Below the pieces are notes generated by a model, which worked only from the letters and a program-made list of their open reading frames with translations, ran no database searches and was not told the origin of the DNA. Positions 1 through 13,009 of a DNA stretch of 64,000 bases are shown here, piece by piece. This DNA is from Octopus sinensis (lineage: Eukaryota). Location: the NCBI RefSeq assembly GCF_006345805.1, contig NC_042997.1, positions 73,780,001-73,844,000 on the forward strand, read 5' to 3'. Each line of letters begins with the position of its first letter. Position 1 is the first letter of the stretch. The translations under genes were made by a program, and so were the position numbers.

Positions 1-783
1 TAAAATGAATGCACCAAAGTTACAAGATGTAGCAACTCACATTTCAATGTAGCTACGTTCCACACCTATAGTATTGGAATGATCATCCTTGCTAGTTGTT
101 TTAAATTTCAAGAACCCACAAAGGAGAGGGGCGCTTGCTTAATAATTAGTTGGATTATCGTTATAGATAGACCTCTTTCTATTCGATATATTATGTGTGT
201 ACTACCACCTCATCTATCTATCTATATACTACAAAAACTCTGTGATTGCTTGCTTGCTTGCGTGCGTGCTTGTCTGTAATTTGATACAGCCAAACTGGCG
301 CATAACGGGAAAATACTCTAAAAGTAAGGCACCCCGGATATGTGAATACAAACGGAATTTAAACAAGTTTCGCGTAAATTGGACCGAGAATCCCCGAGAT
401 ACGCCGGTTTTGGGGGTACCTTCATAAATAACCAAAACGGCACATAATGGGAAAATGCTCCGAAAGTAACATAGCCCTTAAAAGGGAATATATAATACAA
501 TGAAAAATTGTTTTGTATTAATTTTATATTTATATTATGTAACAATTACTTTTCCATTTATGTAGAAGTGTGCACATATGCCATAAATAAATGCTGTTAC
601 TGGAGTTCAAGTTTATCCCAGAAGTTCTATTTCTATTAAATGCTGTAAATAATCAATGAGACCTTAAACATGAACTTGTAAACCAGACCTATGATGGACG
701 AACGAATTGAAATATTTAACTGGATCATCATAAAAATAACTTTCATTTCAATGCAATATTGAAATCAGCAGCAATAGTTTATA

Positions 784-825
784 ACCCGAGCCGTCAGTAA
801 TCCAACGGGTCACGGATAGTCTAGT
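784..825 (+). mobile_element. Possible Helitron-like 3' terminus
   Basis: GC-rich imperfect hairpin ACCCG...CGGGT (784-810) followed by CTAG|T (821-825); 5' end not identified. Confidence 0.35.
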
Positions 826-1506
826 ATGTAGTTATAATCCAATATGCGCCTCATACTACCAGAGGTATTTTCTCATTTATATTGTTGATATTTATAATCA
901 ACGGCACTATATTCATTGTGGTTTTTCTGTAAATTATTCACTCTTACAATAAAATAGAATGCTTCATTGAGGAGAGATAATAATACCGTTACTTTTACAA
1001 GTTACATTTGAGACCGTTCCAATCTATAATGTGTGTATTATCCAAATATTGCAATCACCCGATCTTGTTGGAATTATCAACATTATTAGCCGAACAGCTT
1101 GGATATTCACAATTGATCCGAATTTTTCAATTCACTATATTACATATGTCAAACACTAGTGTATTTAGATATACAAAATATGGTACGAAAGTTATTTTTA
1201 ACATCAGCAATAATTTTGTTATTCATAATCAGCATTACTACAATCTCGCATCTATGTATATGTGCGTTTGTGCATATTTATTTGAAGACTACAAAGAAAT
1301 CTAGTTAGCTTTAACAACCAAATCGACCCCGATCTGCACAGTCTACACTATTCGAAATCCTGGTACACAGCTTTTTCTCTTTTTTTTTTTATACACCCTC
1401 TTAGAGTTTTCGTGCAATAATTCTTTCTTCATAATCAAGTGACCGAAGATATTAATTCACTGCATTGCATACATGAAGCCCCACAATATGTGTATGCAGT
1501 ATGCTT

Positions 1507-1510
<4 letters not shown>

Positions 1511-1560
<50 letters not shown>

Positions 1561-1620
1561 GAGAGAGAGAGAGAGTGAGAGAGAGAGAGAGAGTGAGAGA
1601 GAGAGAGTGAGAGAGAGAGA
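1511..1620 (+). repeat. (GA)n microsatellite
   Basis: Direct reading; it explains the ERER/LSLS ORFs at 1435-1887. Confidence 0.95.
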
Positions 1621-1639
1621 TCTAAGCGTGTATGTATTC

Positions 1640-1770
1640 ATGGTGTGGCAGTATGGCAAGAAGTTCGCTTCACAACCACGTGAATTGGAGTTCAGTTTCA
1701 CTTCGTGGCACTTTTGGCAAATGTCTCCTACTATAGGACCGGGCCGACTAAAGTCTTTTGAATGGATTTC
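1640..1770 (+). mobile_element. Truncated tRNA-derived SINE (same family as 19370-20210)
   Basis: Homologous to the reverse complement of the 27890-28050 head; truncated where it meets the Tc1 fragment. Confidence 0.7.
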
Positions 1771-1785
1771 CACTGCGTTTCCAAC

Positions 1786-2680
1786 TGCGTTTCCCTCCGG
1801 AAACAGTTCCGCAAACATAGGATGAATTTGATCAGATAAAATGCTTACATAGTCTTGACTATTAATTCTGCCATAAAGGGAAACCATTAGGCCGGCGGAT
1901 TTCCAAGATATAGCCCACCAAATTCATCACAGATCCTTCCCCGTGTTTAACAGTTGGAATAAGGCAGTCTGAGTCAAATGCTTCTTTTGGCTGTCTCCAC
2001 GCGTATACTCTGCCGGTGGTCAGAAATAAGGTAAAGGATGAATCATTCGAGAAAATAACATTCTTCCATTGCTCTAGGGACCAATTCTGTAGATTTTTAC
2101 TCCACTCTAAACGCTTTACAACATTTGTTTTGAAAGTAATGCTTTTCTGATTTCAGCCCTCCCGTGAAATCCGGCTTGTGCAGCTCCCAGCGAACAGTTT
2201 TTGTGGAAACTGGGTTCTCGGGATGGTCATGAAGCTCTGCAGTAATTTTGGGAGCTGTACTTTTGTGATCCTTTCTAACAATTCGGCCAACAGTCCCTAT
2301 CTGAAATTTTCGGTTTTCTTCTGGAGTTTTGTTTCGACGAGAATATTTTTCCTTCTTTCTCAAAGGCTGTAATTACTTTCGAGACAGTACGTCTTGATAC
2401 ACCAAACGTTTTGGCTGTTTTTCGTTACGCTAGCGCCTGCCATACGAGCACCAACAATTTGACGTGTTTGAAACTCCGATAGATCTGTCATTTTAAAGAA
2501 TTTAGTTACAATTTTCTGGTGATACCTGAAAAGAAACAGCAGTTTTAGCTAAACATATTAAGCAACACTAATAATAAATAACAAAACATAAAAATAAACA
2601 AGTTTTTTGACGATTTCATAGATATTTCAAAATTATGATTCTGTGATGCTAGGTGTTTTCATTATTTTGTCCAACCACTG
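1786..2680 (-). mobile_element. Tc1-like DNA transposon, 3'-truncated, frameshifted transposase
   Basis: Terminus TA|CAGTGGTTGGACAAAATAATG at 2680; transposase pieces (ITAELHDHPENPVSTKTVRWELHK; GRINSQDYVSILSDQIHPMFAELFPEGNAV); a homologous copy lies at 8797-9545. Confidence 0.9.
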
Positions 2681-2683
2681 TAT

Positions 2684-2788
2684 ATACATACATACATACA
2701 TACATACATACACACATACATACATACATACATACATACATACATACATACATACATACATAAATACATACATACATACATACATACA
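2684..2788 (+). repeat. (TACA)n microsatellite
   Basis: Direct reading. Confidence 0.95.
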
Positions 2789-2789
2789 T

Positions 2790-5050
2790 TCTACCGACCA
2801 TATCTTATCAATTTGTACCAGCAAGCTTTCATTGGGAACAGTAGCATACCATACTGGTTAGCTCTGGCAGAGACAGACTTAATCCCTAAATGCAGAACCA
2901 CCAACATGGCAACAAACTACCGGCCAATTGCATGTCAGAACTTAATGCATAAGATATATACAGCATGTTTAAACCTCTTCCTCCAAGACCATTGTGAGAC
3001 CAATAACATTATCGCAGCAGAACAAGCAGCTGAGAAGAAGGGAGTCTGGAGATGTGCCGAGCAATTGCTAATCAACAAAACTGATGTCAGAGGTGAGAGA
3101 GCATAGGAAGACCCTAGTTTCAATGTGGCTAGATTACAAGAAAGACTTTGACTCTGTTCCCCACTCATTGATGCCAGAAGCCCTTCAACTTGCTAAAATT
3201 CCAGTCAGAATAGTCAAAGCCATAGCTGACCTGACCTCATCGTGGACCACCATCTTGAAATTAAACACAAAAAATGACTGTATTATCACCGATAGAATAC
3301 AATATCGCAAAGGCATATTCCAAAGAGACAGCCTCTCTGTGATGTTGTTTATATTTTATGTAAACCCCTTGTCATTCATGATAAGGAAGTCTGAAGGATA
3401 TCTCACTGGTTCATAAGGAAACAGAAATACCAAAATTACACACTGTTTCTTTATGGATGACTTTAAACTGTATGCAGTAAATATGCATGAGATGAAATAG
3501 AGCGATGACCTAGTTACAACACTCTCAAAGGATGTAGGGTTGGAGTTTGGACAGTGTAAATGTTATATGGTTGTAAAAAAGGGGGGAATTATAAACCAGA
3601 CTATTAACAGCTCCATCAATGATTTGACTGTTTCCCCTGCATCTGACGAGGAATGTTACAGGCATCTAGCAGATGGATGAAAATATATCATACAATGGCA
3701 CCTGTAACAAAACACACGTCACTAAAGAATATTACAACCGAATAAAGAAAATGTGGACCTCAGAACTCTCTGCATTCAATAAAACAGTGACCCACAGTGT
3801 GTTTGCAGTGCCAGTACTCATACCAACATTTGGACTGCTTGATTGGACGCTTGATGAGATCCGAGTCATTGATGTGAAAACCCGAAAAATACTAACAAGC
3901 ACGCATAATTGCCACATAAACAGTGACGTAGACTGCCTCTACCTAAAACGTAAACAAGGTGGCAGATGCTTAACATCGATCCAAAATGCCTTTCAATGTT
4001 GCATCATATCCCTTCGGCAACATCTTTTAACCACCAAGTGTCAAAGTGCATCTCTTGACCAAGTTCGCATATATGAGGCTGATAGCATCATAAGACTTGG
4101 AAGGCTGCTCCAAGAACAACACTCTTTGTCTGATAATCTAGAATGCATGCCCAAAGAATTCGCATGACTCTACTGCAGCATAACATCAGATGAAAGGATG
4201 AGTCTGTATGAGCAGAAGGCTATGCATGACAATGTTAGTAGAAAGCTCCGTGATGATAGTAACATCGAACATCAAAGCATTTTATCATGGACGAATAGCT
4301 GGATTACTACCTCCCACTTTGAAGGGTATTCGTTTGCAATCCAGGAAATATCAACCAAGTACCTGATGCACAACAGGGATAGAGATGCGGGAAAAGCCGT
4401 CAAATGTGACAACCGATGCAGACTTTGTGGAGTCCACACTGAAGATATCACCCACATCATAAGCAGTTGTCCGAAAATGTCATCATGGTTTATCTCCCGA
4501 TGGGACATGACGTTGTAGCTAGGACACTCTATAATGAAATCTGTCGGAAGGATAATCCCAAGGAAAAAGGAATAAAAACGCACAATGTGGTAGAAGCCAT
4601 AGCCACTCATAATAAAAAAGAATACTGATGGAATGTACCAGTGAAGACCTCAATAAAATGTAAGCACAACAGATCTCATATAATGATTTGGGATAGAGAA
4701 GATAAACTGTGCACAGTTGTGGAAATTAGTTGCCCAGTGGATGTTAACATAAAGCTGAAGATCAGTGAAAAAGAGAACACCTATGCTAAACTATTGAGAA
4801 ATAATCTGCAATGACTCTATCCAGATTACAAGTTCAGGTTTATAGCTGCAATTATTTGGGCCCTAAGTACCAATCTTGAGAAATTAGGCTTCTCAAAACC
4901 AGAAAGGTGAAAGCTAAATCGAAGACTACAGATCTGGAATTGTACAAACCTGTAAAACTTTCCAGAAGTTTATCATTTAAATATATATGAGCATGTCTAG
5001 ATACATAACTATATGCATGAGAATACATACATAAAACATACAAATCTGCT
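2790..5050 (+). mobile_element. R4/Dong-clade non-LTR retrotransposon (RT + CCHC + RLE), 5'-truncated pseudogene
   Basis: RT motifs LIPK..NYRPIAC, WLDYKKDFDSVPH, GIFQRDSLS, FMDD; CRLCGVHTEDITHIISSC zinc knuckle; RLE-like CTVVEISCP; many stops and frameshifts. Confidence 0.9.
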
Positions 5051-5151
5051 CATGTGTACATACATACAAAAATACCCTGTTGTTGATGTTGAAATTCCAA
5101 TGAAAGGTCCTTGGATCTAGGTTAGAAACCGGTTCCTTCTCTTTTATAAAA

Positions 5152-6021
5152 CAAATAAGGAACGAGGATGTCCAGGTATCAGTGCATCACGGCCGTTTCA
5201 AGCGGCTCCATTTAATCGGCCAATGAAAACATTTCATCAATTTGAAATAAACCGCTCTCCTCGGAGCAGACGACGATACGTATTTCCAATATACAGGTTA
5301 CACCATTATATTTTTTAGAACATTTTTCATCAGTACTAGAGACTTAAATAATTACATTGCTTCTCTTTGTTATTTTTGTGGCAGAATGAATTTAGGGAAA
5401 AAAATACTTAAAGTATTTTGAGTGGAAGAAGAAAATAATAGGTGTCAAGAAAGAGTAATGGTGATATAGCTACATTCATCTTTATCCTTATTGCTTTCAG
5501 TTTACAACCCCTTGGGATTAAATCCATTGGGAATTGACAGTTAAACCCTTGTTGGTGGTGATAAATTAATTAATGTCAGATACTCTCCCCTACCCCTATT
5601 TTACTGGAACCTTAAAACCATCCATATCCACATAAAAGAATATGTCTCAGAAGTTGCTAGTAAGATAATAGTATATAAAGAAAAGGTGATAACCAGAAAG
5701 AGGAAGGACAGGGGTGACTTAACATATCATGATTCTCAAATAAAAGGAGTCTAAATTGGAAAACAAAAGTGACCTAAGTGTAAGAATTAAAAGTACGGGG
5801 AAAATGCGTTTCCAAACTTAGCAAAATTTATATATTAAAATATTAAAATTTGAAAAAGGATTTAAGAACCAAGTAAGAAGAAAAGGATATTTGTATGGTC
5901 ATCTGCAACCGAGGATAGCGGTTTATTTCAAATTTACGTAATGTTTTTATTGATCGATGAAATGGAGCAGTTTGAAACCGGCGTATTGCACTGATACCCG
6001 GACATCCTTGTTACTTATTTG
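5152..6021. mobile_element. MITE-like element with ~80-bp terminal inverted repeats
   Basis: 5152-5234 is the reverse complement of 5941-6021 at roughly 80% identity by eye; AT-rich noncoding interior; no clear TSD. Confidence 0.7.
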
Positions 6022-6106
6022 CTTCTTCACCTAACTTCGAGCTGCGCGGACCATACCGGACTGACTTGGTGCCTCAACTTAAGTACCTAATTCTGAATCT
6101 TGATTA

Positions 6107-6180
<74 letters not shown>

Positions 6181-7399
6181 AAACTTCATTTTAAAGTTAA
6201 TAATTAGAAGTTATGTAACAAAGAAAATTCGTTGCTGCACCAAAGATTGATCCTTAACATAAATGACATTGTATTAATTATTTCCATCCTCTGACATGGG
6301 AAACCACCAGGTTATAGTACGCGATCAATTCCTCAGGAGTGTACATCTTATGATAAGATAAATTATTGATGGAGTATAAATATTAAATTTACAACTGAGA
6401 TGTTGAATGTGAGAAATCTACCGGTCAGACATTGTAAATAGAAAATGCACTGCAGCTTATAGTCGTTTATCAGTAATTTCTATCGATTTTTAGTTGATTT
6501 GTAAGCGTATGTACATAATGTTCGTGAATGCACGCATACATTCATATACATACATTTATACATTCTAAAAGAATGATTAATGTCAACCACACCTTTTATA
6601 TTTCTGCCGTTAAATTGTTTTCCGAGTAATATCTATAACACCAAAAGACATTTAAATTGATAACATTCTCGAAGGACATAGGAAGGGAGTTTGATCAAAG
6701 GAAGTGTTCGTATTTTGTTATCAGACGAGGAAAGCTTGTCGACCAGACAAGAGATATTGATAATTTACCCTGTCTATCTTCCTAACTCTAATGAATAATA
6801 AAAATACACCAAAATTGAAAAGAGTTTAGTATATGTTGGTGCTGTGAGTAACACTTGAATGACAAAAACGTATTCGGTAGACTTCAATGGGTATCTGCAA
6901 AAAAAAAAAACACAGGGCTTTCGTTATGTCAGTGATAGTACCAACACCTGGATAGATATTTGAAGAAATCTGCAACTCGGACAACATGTCCATGAAAAGC
7001 TGCTTTTCCAGTCAATATTGTTATTCTTTAGTTTTCGAGATATGTAGCTATGCATAACTTTCTGCTGAAACATTAAGTATTTCAAAACTAAGTTTCAGCT
7101 TTAGTTTAGGTCAGTCTATATACTCTTGGTTCACATGGAAGAATTGGTTACTCAGAGTACATATTTAGTTTTACAGCTTAAACTAATAATATTACTGTAT
7201 GTAATGTTTTTTCGCTCTTTACTGTTCATTGGGCGTTTTCTATGTGATACAATGTCTAGATTGCTCTTATGTCTCAGCTTCTATCCTTCCGTTTAACATC
7301 AGTTATGTCAGTCTCACTGTTGATGCGAAAGTAGATATTAGTATCTTCCTAACCCTGTTGTTAGGAAGATACCTCACTTAGAAGACAACTACCCCTTGC

Positions 7400-7950
7400 T
7401 ATCTATTAAAAGAGGAGAACTACTAAATATAAATATTAGCAAGAGAAATAAGGGTGTCTCTAAACTTATCTTTGTGTAAGATACCGCTTGTGTCATAAGC
7501 AACATAATCGTCTGCAAAATACTACTTTCCAAAGAAGCACATTTCGCTAAAACCATCTACAGTGCAATTCGCAGGTGAGACTGGCTTGATAACCATAGCG
7601 AAATCATATCAGGACCAACATTTATCCAGCACTTTAGAAATTAGGCAATAGCGAGTAATCACTCCCACCATTTTGTCAACATGATATCATTCAGAGTAGG
7701 ATAAGTAAAAGTCATGGGCTGGCGGCCAGTTCGGAAGCAAATTTACTTAATCAATAAACTCAGATTCCTTGATATAGATGTTGTAGCCAATACCAATATC
7801 ATAATTCCTAGTTGCAGAACCTAGAACTAATAATAGGCATCCCTGTTGAGCTGGAGCATGAGAAAGCTGCATTGGCGTAAGGATGATATTACTGTAATGG
7901 TATCAAACTGTAAAGGAATATGAGGCGATTATTGGAGTAAAGATAAATCC
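7400..7950 (-). mobile_element. Heavily decayed CR1/Jockey-like RT fragment
   Basis: Minus-strand remnants in RT order: FRTGR, ISKxxDK, WLSS...VDGFS, YFADD; multiple frameshifts. Confidence 0.4.
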
Positions 7951-8269
7951 GGAAAAACTAGAGGACTTGCAGATTAACACCTGGGGACGCTAAGGTATAA
8001 GTAGGGACGAGGTTATGAGCAGGATGGGCAGCGTCATCCAGAAATAGGCTGGCTCGAAGCTAATCCTTAAATGCCTAGCCGGAGTGGCGAATACGTTCCT
8101 TTATGTTTACCACCCGACTCTTATGCTTTGCTCTATTCCCTATTTAACTATAGACTGAAGCGTTCGCGCTTCGGTTACTAATGGAAGGGGCACATTTCAC
8201 TGTCAAGTGGTCTTGGTACCTGGTGCAAATAAGGACACTGAAAACGGCAACAGACTCTTCTACCTAAGA

Positions 8270-8560
8270 TCCGAACGTCTCTACGATGTAGATGATTGTT
8301 CTCTCGGACACCTTTCATATTGCAGTTCCCATCCAATGCTGTTACAACCGGCAATAAGCTTTGTTTTGGGAGACGAGGTGAGAAACCAAAGAATGCATGT
8401 CCCTGAACCTCGAAGCGCGTCCAGGAAGAAACAATCATTACTGATTGGTAGTTGGAATGTCGCAATACTTATGGATAAACAGTAGGAAATAGTGGAGGGC
8501 CAAACACTACTGACCAGTATATCTTCCACAAGTTTCGTGGTTCTTTTACGTTAGACTTTG
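8270..8560 (+). mobile_element. RTE-clade LINE 5' fragment (start of APE endonuclease)
   Basis: LLIGSWNVAILMD resembles the APE N-terminal (T/S)WNVxTL motif. Confidence 0.5.
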
Positions 8561-8796
8561 ATAGAAGGTTGAAACTCCACTATTCCGGTGTGATGCCAAT
8601 TATGTCAGCACAAACGTGAGTGAGGATACTTACTGGCCCCCAGCTGACAGATTGTTTTATGAAGTGAATCCTACTGAGTGGATGAGTTCGGCTCCTGAAA
8701 CTTAGGCAAAATGAAGGACGACTATGACTGTTGCAAATACAAGTACTAAACAGCGAGTCCAGATACAAATCCCTGTCGTTATATGCCAGTATACAT

Positions 8797-9545
8797 ATAG
8801 AGATTGGACAAAATAATGGAAACACCTAGCATCATAATTTTGAAATATCTATAAAACCGTCAAAAGCTTGTTTATTTTTGTGTTTTTTTTATTTAGTGTT
8901 ACTTAATATGTTTATCAAAATTACTGTTACTTTTCAGATAACATCAGAAAAGTGTAATTAAAATTCATTAAAATGATAGATCTATCGGACTTTCAAAGAC
9001 GTCAAATTGTTAGCGTAACGAAAAGGATCACAAAATTACAGCTCCCAAAATTGCTGCAGGGCTTAATAACCACCTCGAGAACCCAGTTTTCACAAAAACT
9101 GTTCCCTGGGAGCTGCACAAAGCCGAATTTCACGGGAGGGCTGGAATCAGAAAAGCATTACTTTCAAAACAAATGTTGCAAAACGTTTAGAGTGGAGTAA
9201 AAACCTACAGAATTGGTCCCTAGAGCAATGGAAGAATGTTATTTTCTTGGAGGAGTCATCCTTTACCTTATTTCTGACCACCGGCAGAGTATACGCGTGG
9301 AGACAGCCAAAAGAAGCATTTGACCCAGACTGCTTTATTCCAAATGTTAAACATTGAGGATCTGTGATGATCTGGTGGGGGCTATATCTTGGAAATCCGC
9401 CGGCTCAATGGTTTCCCTTCATGTCAGAATTAATAGTCAAGACTATGTAAGTATTTTATCTGATCAAATTCATCCTATGTTTGCGGAACTGTTTCCGGAG
9501 GGAAACGCAGTCTTTCAGGATGATAATGCACCAAATCACACAGCT
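8797..9545 (+). mobile_element. Tc1-like transposon, internally deleted copy of the 1786-2680 family
   Basis: Same terminal sequence TTGGACAAAATAATG; MIDLSDFQRRQIV start; FQDDNAPNHTA second catalytic Asp region; ends at (TA)n. Confidence 0.9.
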
Positions 9546-9713
9546 GAATATATATATATATAGAATATATATATATATAGAATGGGAGCAAGCGCTAATC
9601 CGAAATCCGAATGATATGATATGATATATATGTAAAAAATGTAATATATAAATAAATATCTACAAATATGAACCATCTGATCTGATTACCTCAATTTTTC
9701 TAATATATATATA

Positions 9714-9759
<46 letters not shown>

Positions 9760-9762
<3 letters not shown>

Positions 9763-11217
9763 TGAGAAAGTTGGTGTGTGAAAGCACGTTGCTGGATGTA
9801 TAAAAAATAGAAGAGTGAAAAAAACTACAGAAGGCTTGTTTTATAAGGTTAAAGGATATATTTAAGTTGTTATGTTAGAAAAATGTCATAAAAGTTTGTG
9901 TATAGTAACATAGTTTTGGGAGAAATAACCGATTTCGTGTAAACTTTTCAAATTTCTCAAATTTCTTTACCTACATCGTGTCATGTCTTCGTTATGAAAT
10001 GCAAAGAAGAGTTCCGGGGGGGGGGAGTAATCAGGGATTTCTTCCGGTATAAGGGAGATAATCGCTTTATATTTTTTTCTTTTTTCAATGAGATGAGTTT
10101 CTCTGTATAAGAATGTTAGGATGGTTAAGTTTAGGCTTATATTTTTCAATGAAGAATGTTTTCTTTTTTAATCTAATGTGTGTTGGTGTTCCAATAGCCC
10201 ATTGATAGAATGGAAAGATTAAAAATTGTGGTTGTAGTTGCTTAGCGCATTTCTCAATATGCTCACTAAAGGGTATCCTTCTGTATTCTGGGAATGCAAT
10301 CTGTTGTCGATGCAGTGTGCATCTGCATCTGAGTGATAATCCCGTGGACCCTACGTAGTTTTGGCGGCAGCCCGAGCATCTTATGACATAAATTATGTTT
10401 TCAGAAGCACAAGTAAAATTAGATTTGATTTTGAATTTTTGTCCCTCTTTGAAAAAGAAATTCTGATCCTTCTAGAAGGTTTGAGCATGTTGCGCAGTTT
10501 GGTCTACCACATGTTTTTAACTTTTGCATCCGTAATTTCAGAAAACAATTTTGCCTTTGTGAGAATCTTTTTTAGTGATTTAGGTTGTTTGTAGCTTTTA
10601 ATGATTTTATGTATGTTTAGAATTTCCTTTAATTTAGGGTCCTTATGAAGTATTGGTAAATTCTGGGTGATGATGGTGAAGGCTCCTTTGCTCCTGGGTT
10701 TGTATGTGGATACGTAAGGCAGTATTTTCGGGGAAGGTGTGTTGTTGTGTTTAACTTTCCTCAAAGTTTCTATGTCGATTTCTGTTGCACGTCTGATCCC
10801 ATCCTATATGAGTTGAACTGTTTTTGAGTTCTTGTAGCCTGAACTGTTTTTGAGTTCTTGTAGCCTAAACTTTTTGAGTTCTTGTAGCCTAAAATTTTGA
10901 GTTCTTGTAGCCTGAACTGTTTTTGAGTTCTTTTAGCCTAAAATTCCTGGTATTTTGTTCTGACACTATTGTGCATATCCTTCTTGCAAGGTTGAAAGGG
11001 ATGTTTGTTTTAGTGTGTCTTGGGTGGCATGAATAAAAAAGTAGGTATTGTTTGGCGTCTGTGATTTTGTAAAATATGTCTGTTTCTATTCTTAGGTTAA
11101 TTTTTTTAAACAGTATATCTAAGAATGGAAGCTCCTTTTGATTGTACTCCATTGTGAACTGTATATTTGGGTTGACGCTGTTCAATAGGTTTTTGAATTT
11201 TAGGAGTTTATCTGTGT

Positions 11218-11222
<5 letters not shown>
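9760..11222 (-). mobile_element. Penelope-like element: RT thumb, linker and GIY-YIG endonuclease, decayed
   Basis: IQFTMEYNQKELPFLD..TDIFYK.TD..QYL..SCHP..K.NIP (RT C-terminus); IIYVIRCSGCRQNYVGST (GIY-YIG) near 10330-10400. Confidence 0.9.
10815..10939 (+). repeat. 23-26 bp minisatellite, 5 copies, inside the PLE ORF
   Basis: Unit GAACTGTTTTTGAGTTCTTGTAGCCT and shortened variants. Confidence 0.9.
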
Positions 11223-11287
<65 letters not shown>

Positions 11288-11809
11288 ATAAACAAATATG
11301 TTAGATGTAGTTGTGCGCGTGCGTTTGTAATACATAATAGTGGTCGTGTTGCAGTTAGGGTGAAGTAGGTGTGATAGCGAGTGAGAGAGAGAGAGAGAGA
11401 GAGAGCTGGAGAGAGAGCGGTAACATTCATTATGTAATTGTTCGTGCGTTTGGTAAAATATCAGAAACAACGAGGAATATGACGTATTAAAAACTAATTG
11501 TTAATTACCATATCAGGATATCGTGTCATCTATCGTGTAATAGTTATGGTCAATACAAACTATGTAAACAAAAGAAAACGTAAACGTTACCAAATCCAAC
11601 TGATAATTTTATATAAAAACCTACGTTACTAAAGCTACAACTACTACAAAACCAATACGTTTCATCTTTAACTTAGATTAATGAATTGTATAAAATATCA
11701 ACGACATATTCATGAGAAACGTGCTGTATTACATCCAGAGAAACCACAGATTATACCTGTACAGAAAAACCAATATAATCTTTAGTGTTTAATAAATATT
11801 TTTATATCA

Positions 11810-12265
11810 ATATTATATCTACTAAGCATTCTTTAATCCTTATATTTACAGATGCTAGTGTAATAAAACGAGAAGTATCGACAGATTCAAAGTTCTAGTT
11901 ACTTTAATATATAATTATTTATTTATAATAGTGATATAACTGATAGCAATTTTTGAACGCCCATAAACATGCCGGAATACATGAAAGATATCAGTCTCCT
12001 TCCTCGTATTAAGATGAAATATTAATATTTAAATATTAATATCTAATATTCTATGATACCTACTAAGACTTCTTTATTCTTATAGTTACAGATGTTAGTA
12101 TATTGAACATGAAAATACCGACCTATTCAAAGTACTAGTAGCTTTAAAATATAATTAATTTTTTTGGGATAATAATATATCTAATAGTAGTTTTTGAAAA
12201 CCCATTTACATGCGTGGACACATGAAAATCCAGTCTCAGTCCTCGTATTTAAGAGGTGCCGTCTA
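11810..12265 (+). repeat. Diverged tandem duplication of about 235-240 bp
   Basis: Collinear anchors CTACTAAG, TTACAGATG, ATTCAAAGT, CATGAAA and CCTCGTATT in both halves. Confidence 0.7.
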
Positions 12266-12399
12266 GAATATAGGATTTGGTACAATTCAGATCGGTACAA
12301 AGCAGCTTCAGATCGTCCATATAAAACAGATGATTTATTGTCGTATTATAAACATTGAACCCATACCTGGTATTACTCAGTTACTTTGAGAGTGGGATT

Positions 12400-12990
12400 A
12401 GTGCCATGCAAAAGAGTAATGGGGAGCGGGAGTCACCCTGAAAGGTGCCTCGTTTGATGTTGATGTTAGATTGGCTCATCCCATTACTATGATTTAGAAG
12501 GAGATGTATGTTCCACTTGGCCAGGTTACTTTTAAGAATTTGGAGACGACAGGAAAGATCTTATATATCTTAAGGGCCTTGAGTAGTCAATTATGTGGGA
12601 CACTATCAAACGATTTCCTGTAGTCTCTGTATGCCATAATAAGGTTCTGTTTTGCTCTGACAATTCTCTACAATCATTTTATTTATGAGTAATTGATCTT
12701 TGCATCCACAAGAATTCCTTTTACAACCTTTTTGAGTTTGTGGAAGGATAGATCTCTGTTCAAGGAAAGTGTATGCTCTTTCAGTTAATATCGATGTGAG
12801 GATCTTGTTGGTAATTGTTTTTGTTAATGGTTGTTAGTTATTTGGATTTTTCGCGTCTTCAGTTTTTGGTAGAAGGTATTATTATTATTATATTCTCTTT
12901 ATCGCAGGTTTTGATGGAGCTCCTGGAGTTTTGCATGCATAGCATGCTTACTACCTGCAGCCTATGGTACCATGTTATTCGTTCTTTCCT
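12400..12990 (-). mobile_element. R4/Dong-like RT fragment
   Basis: GCKRNSCGCKDQLLINKMI..DYRKSFDSVPH on the minus strand. Confidence 0.8.
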
Positions 12991-13009
12991 GATTATTATT
13001 TTTATTTTC

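Noticed and set aside
9925-9985. Hammerhead at the Penelope 3' end (minus strand CGATGTA..CGAAATCGG)
   Set aside because: Core and stem II too degenerate to call.
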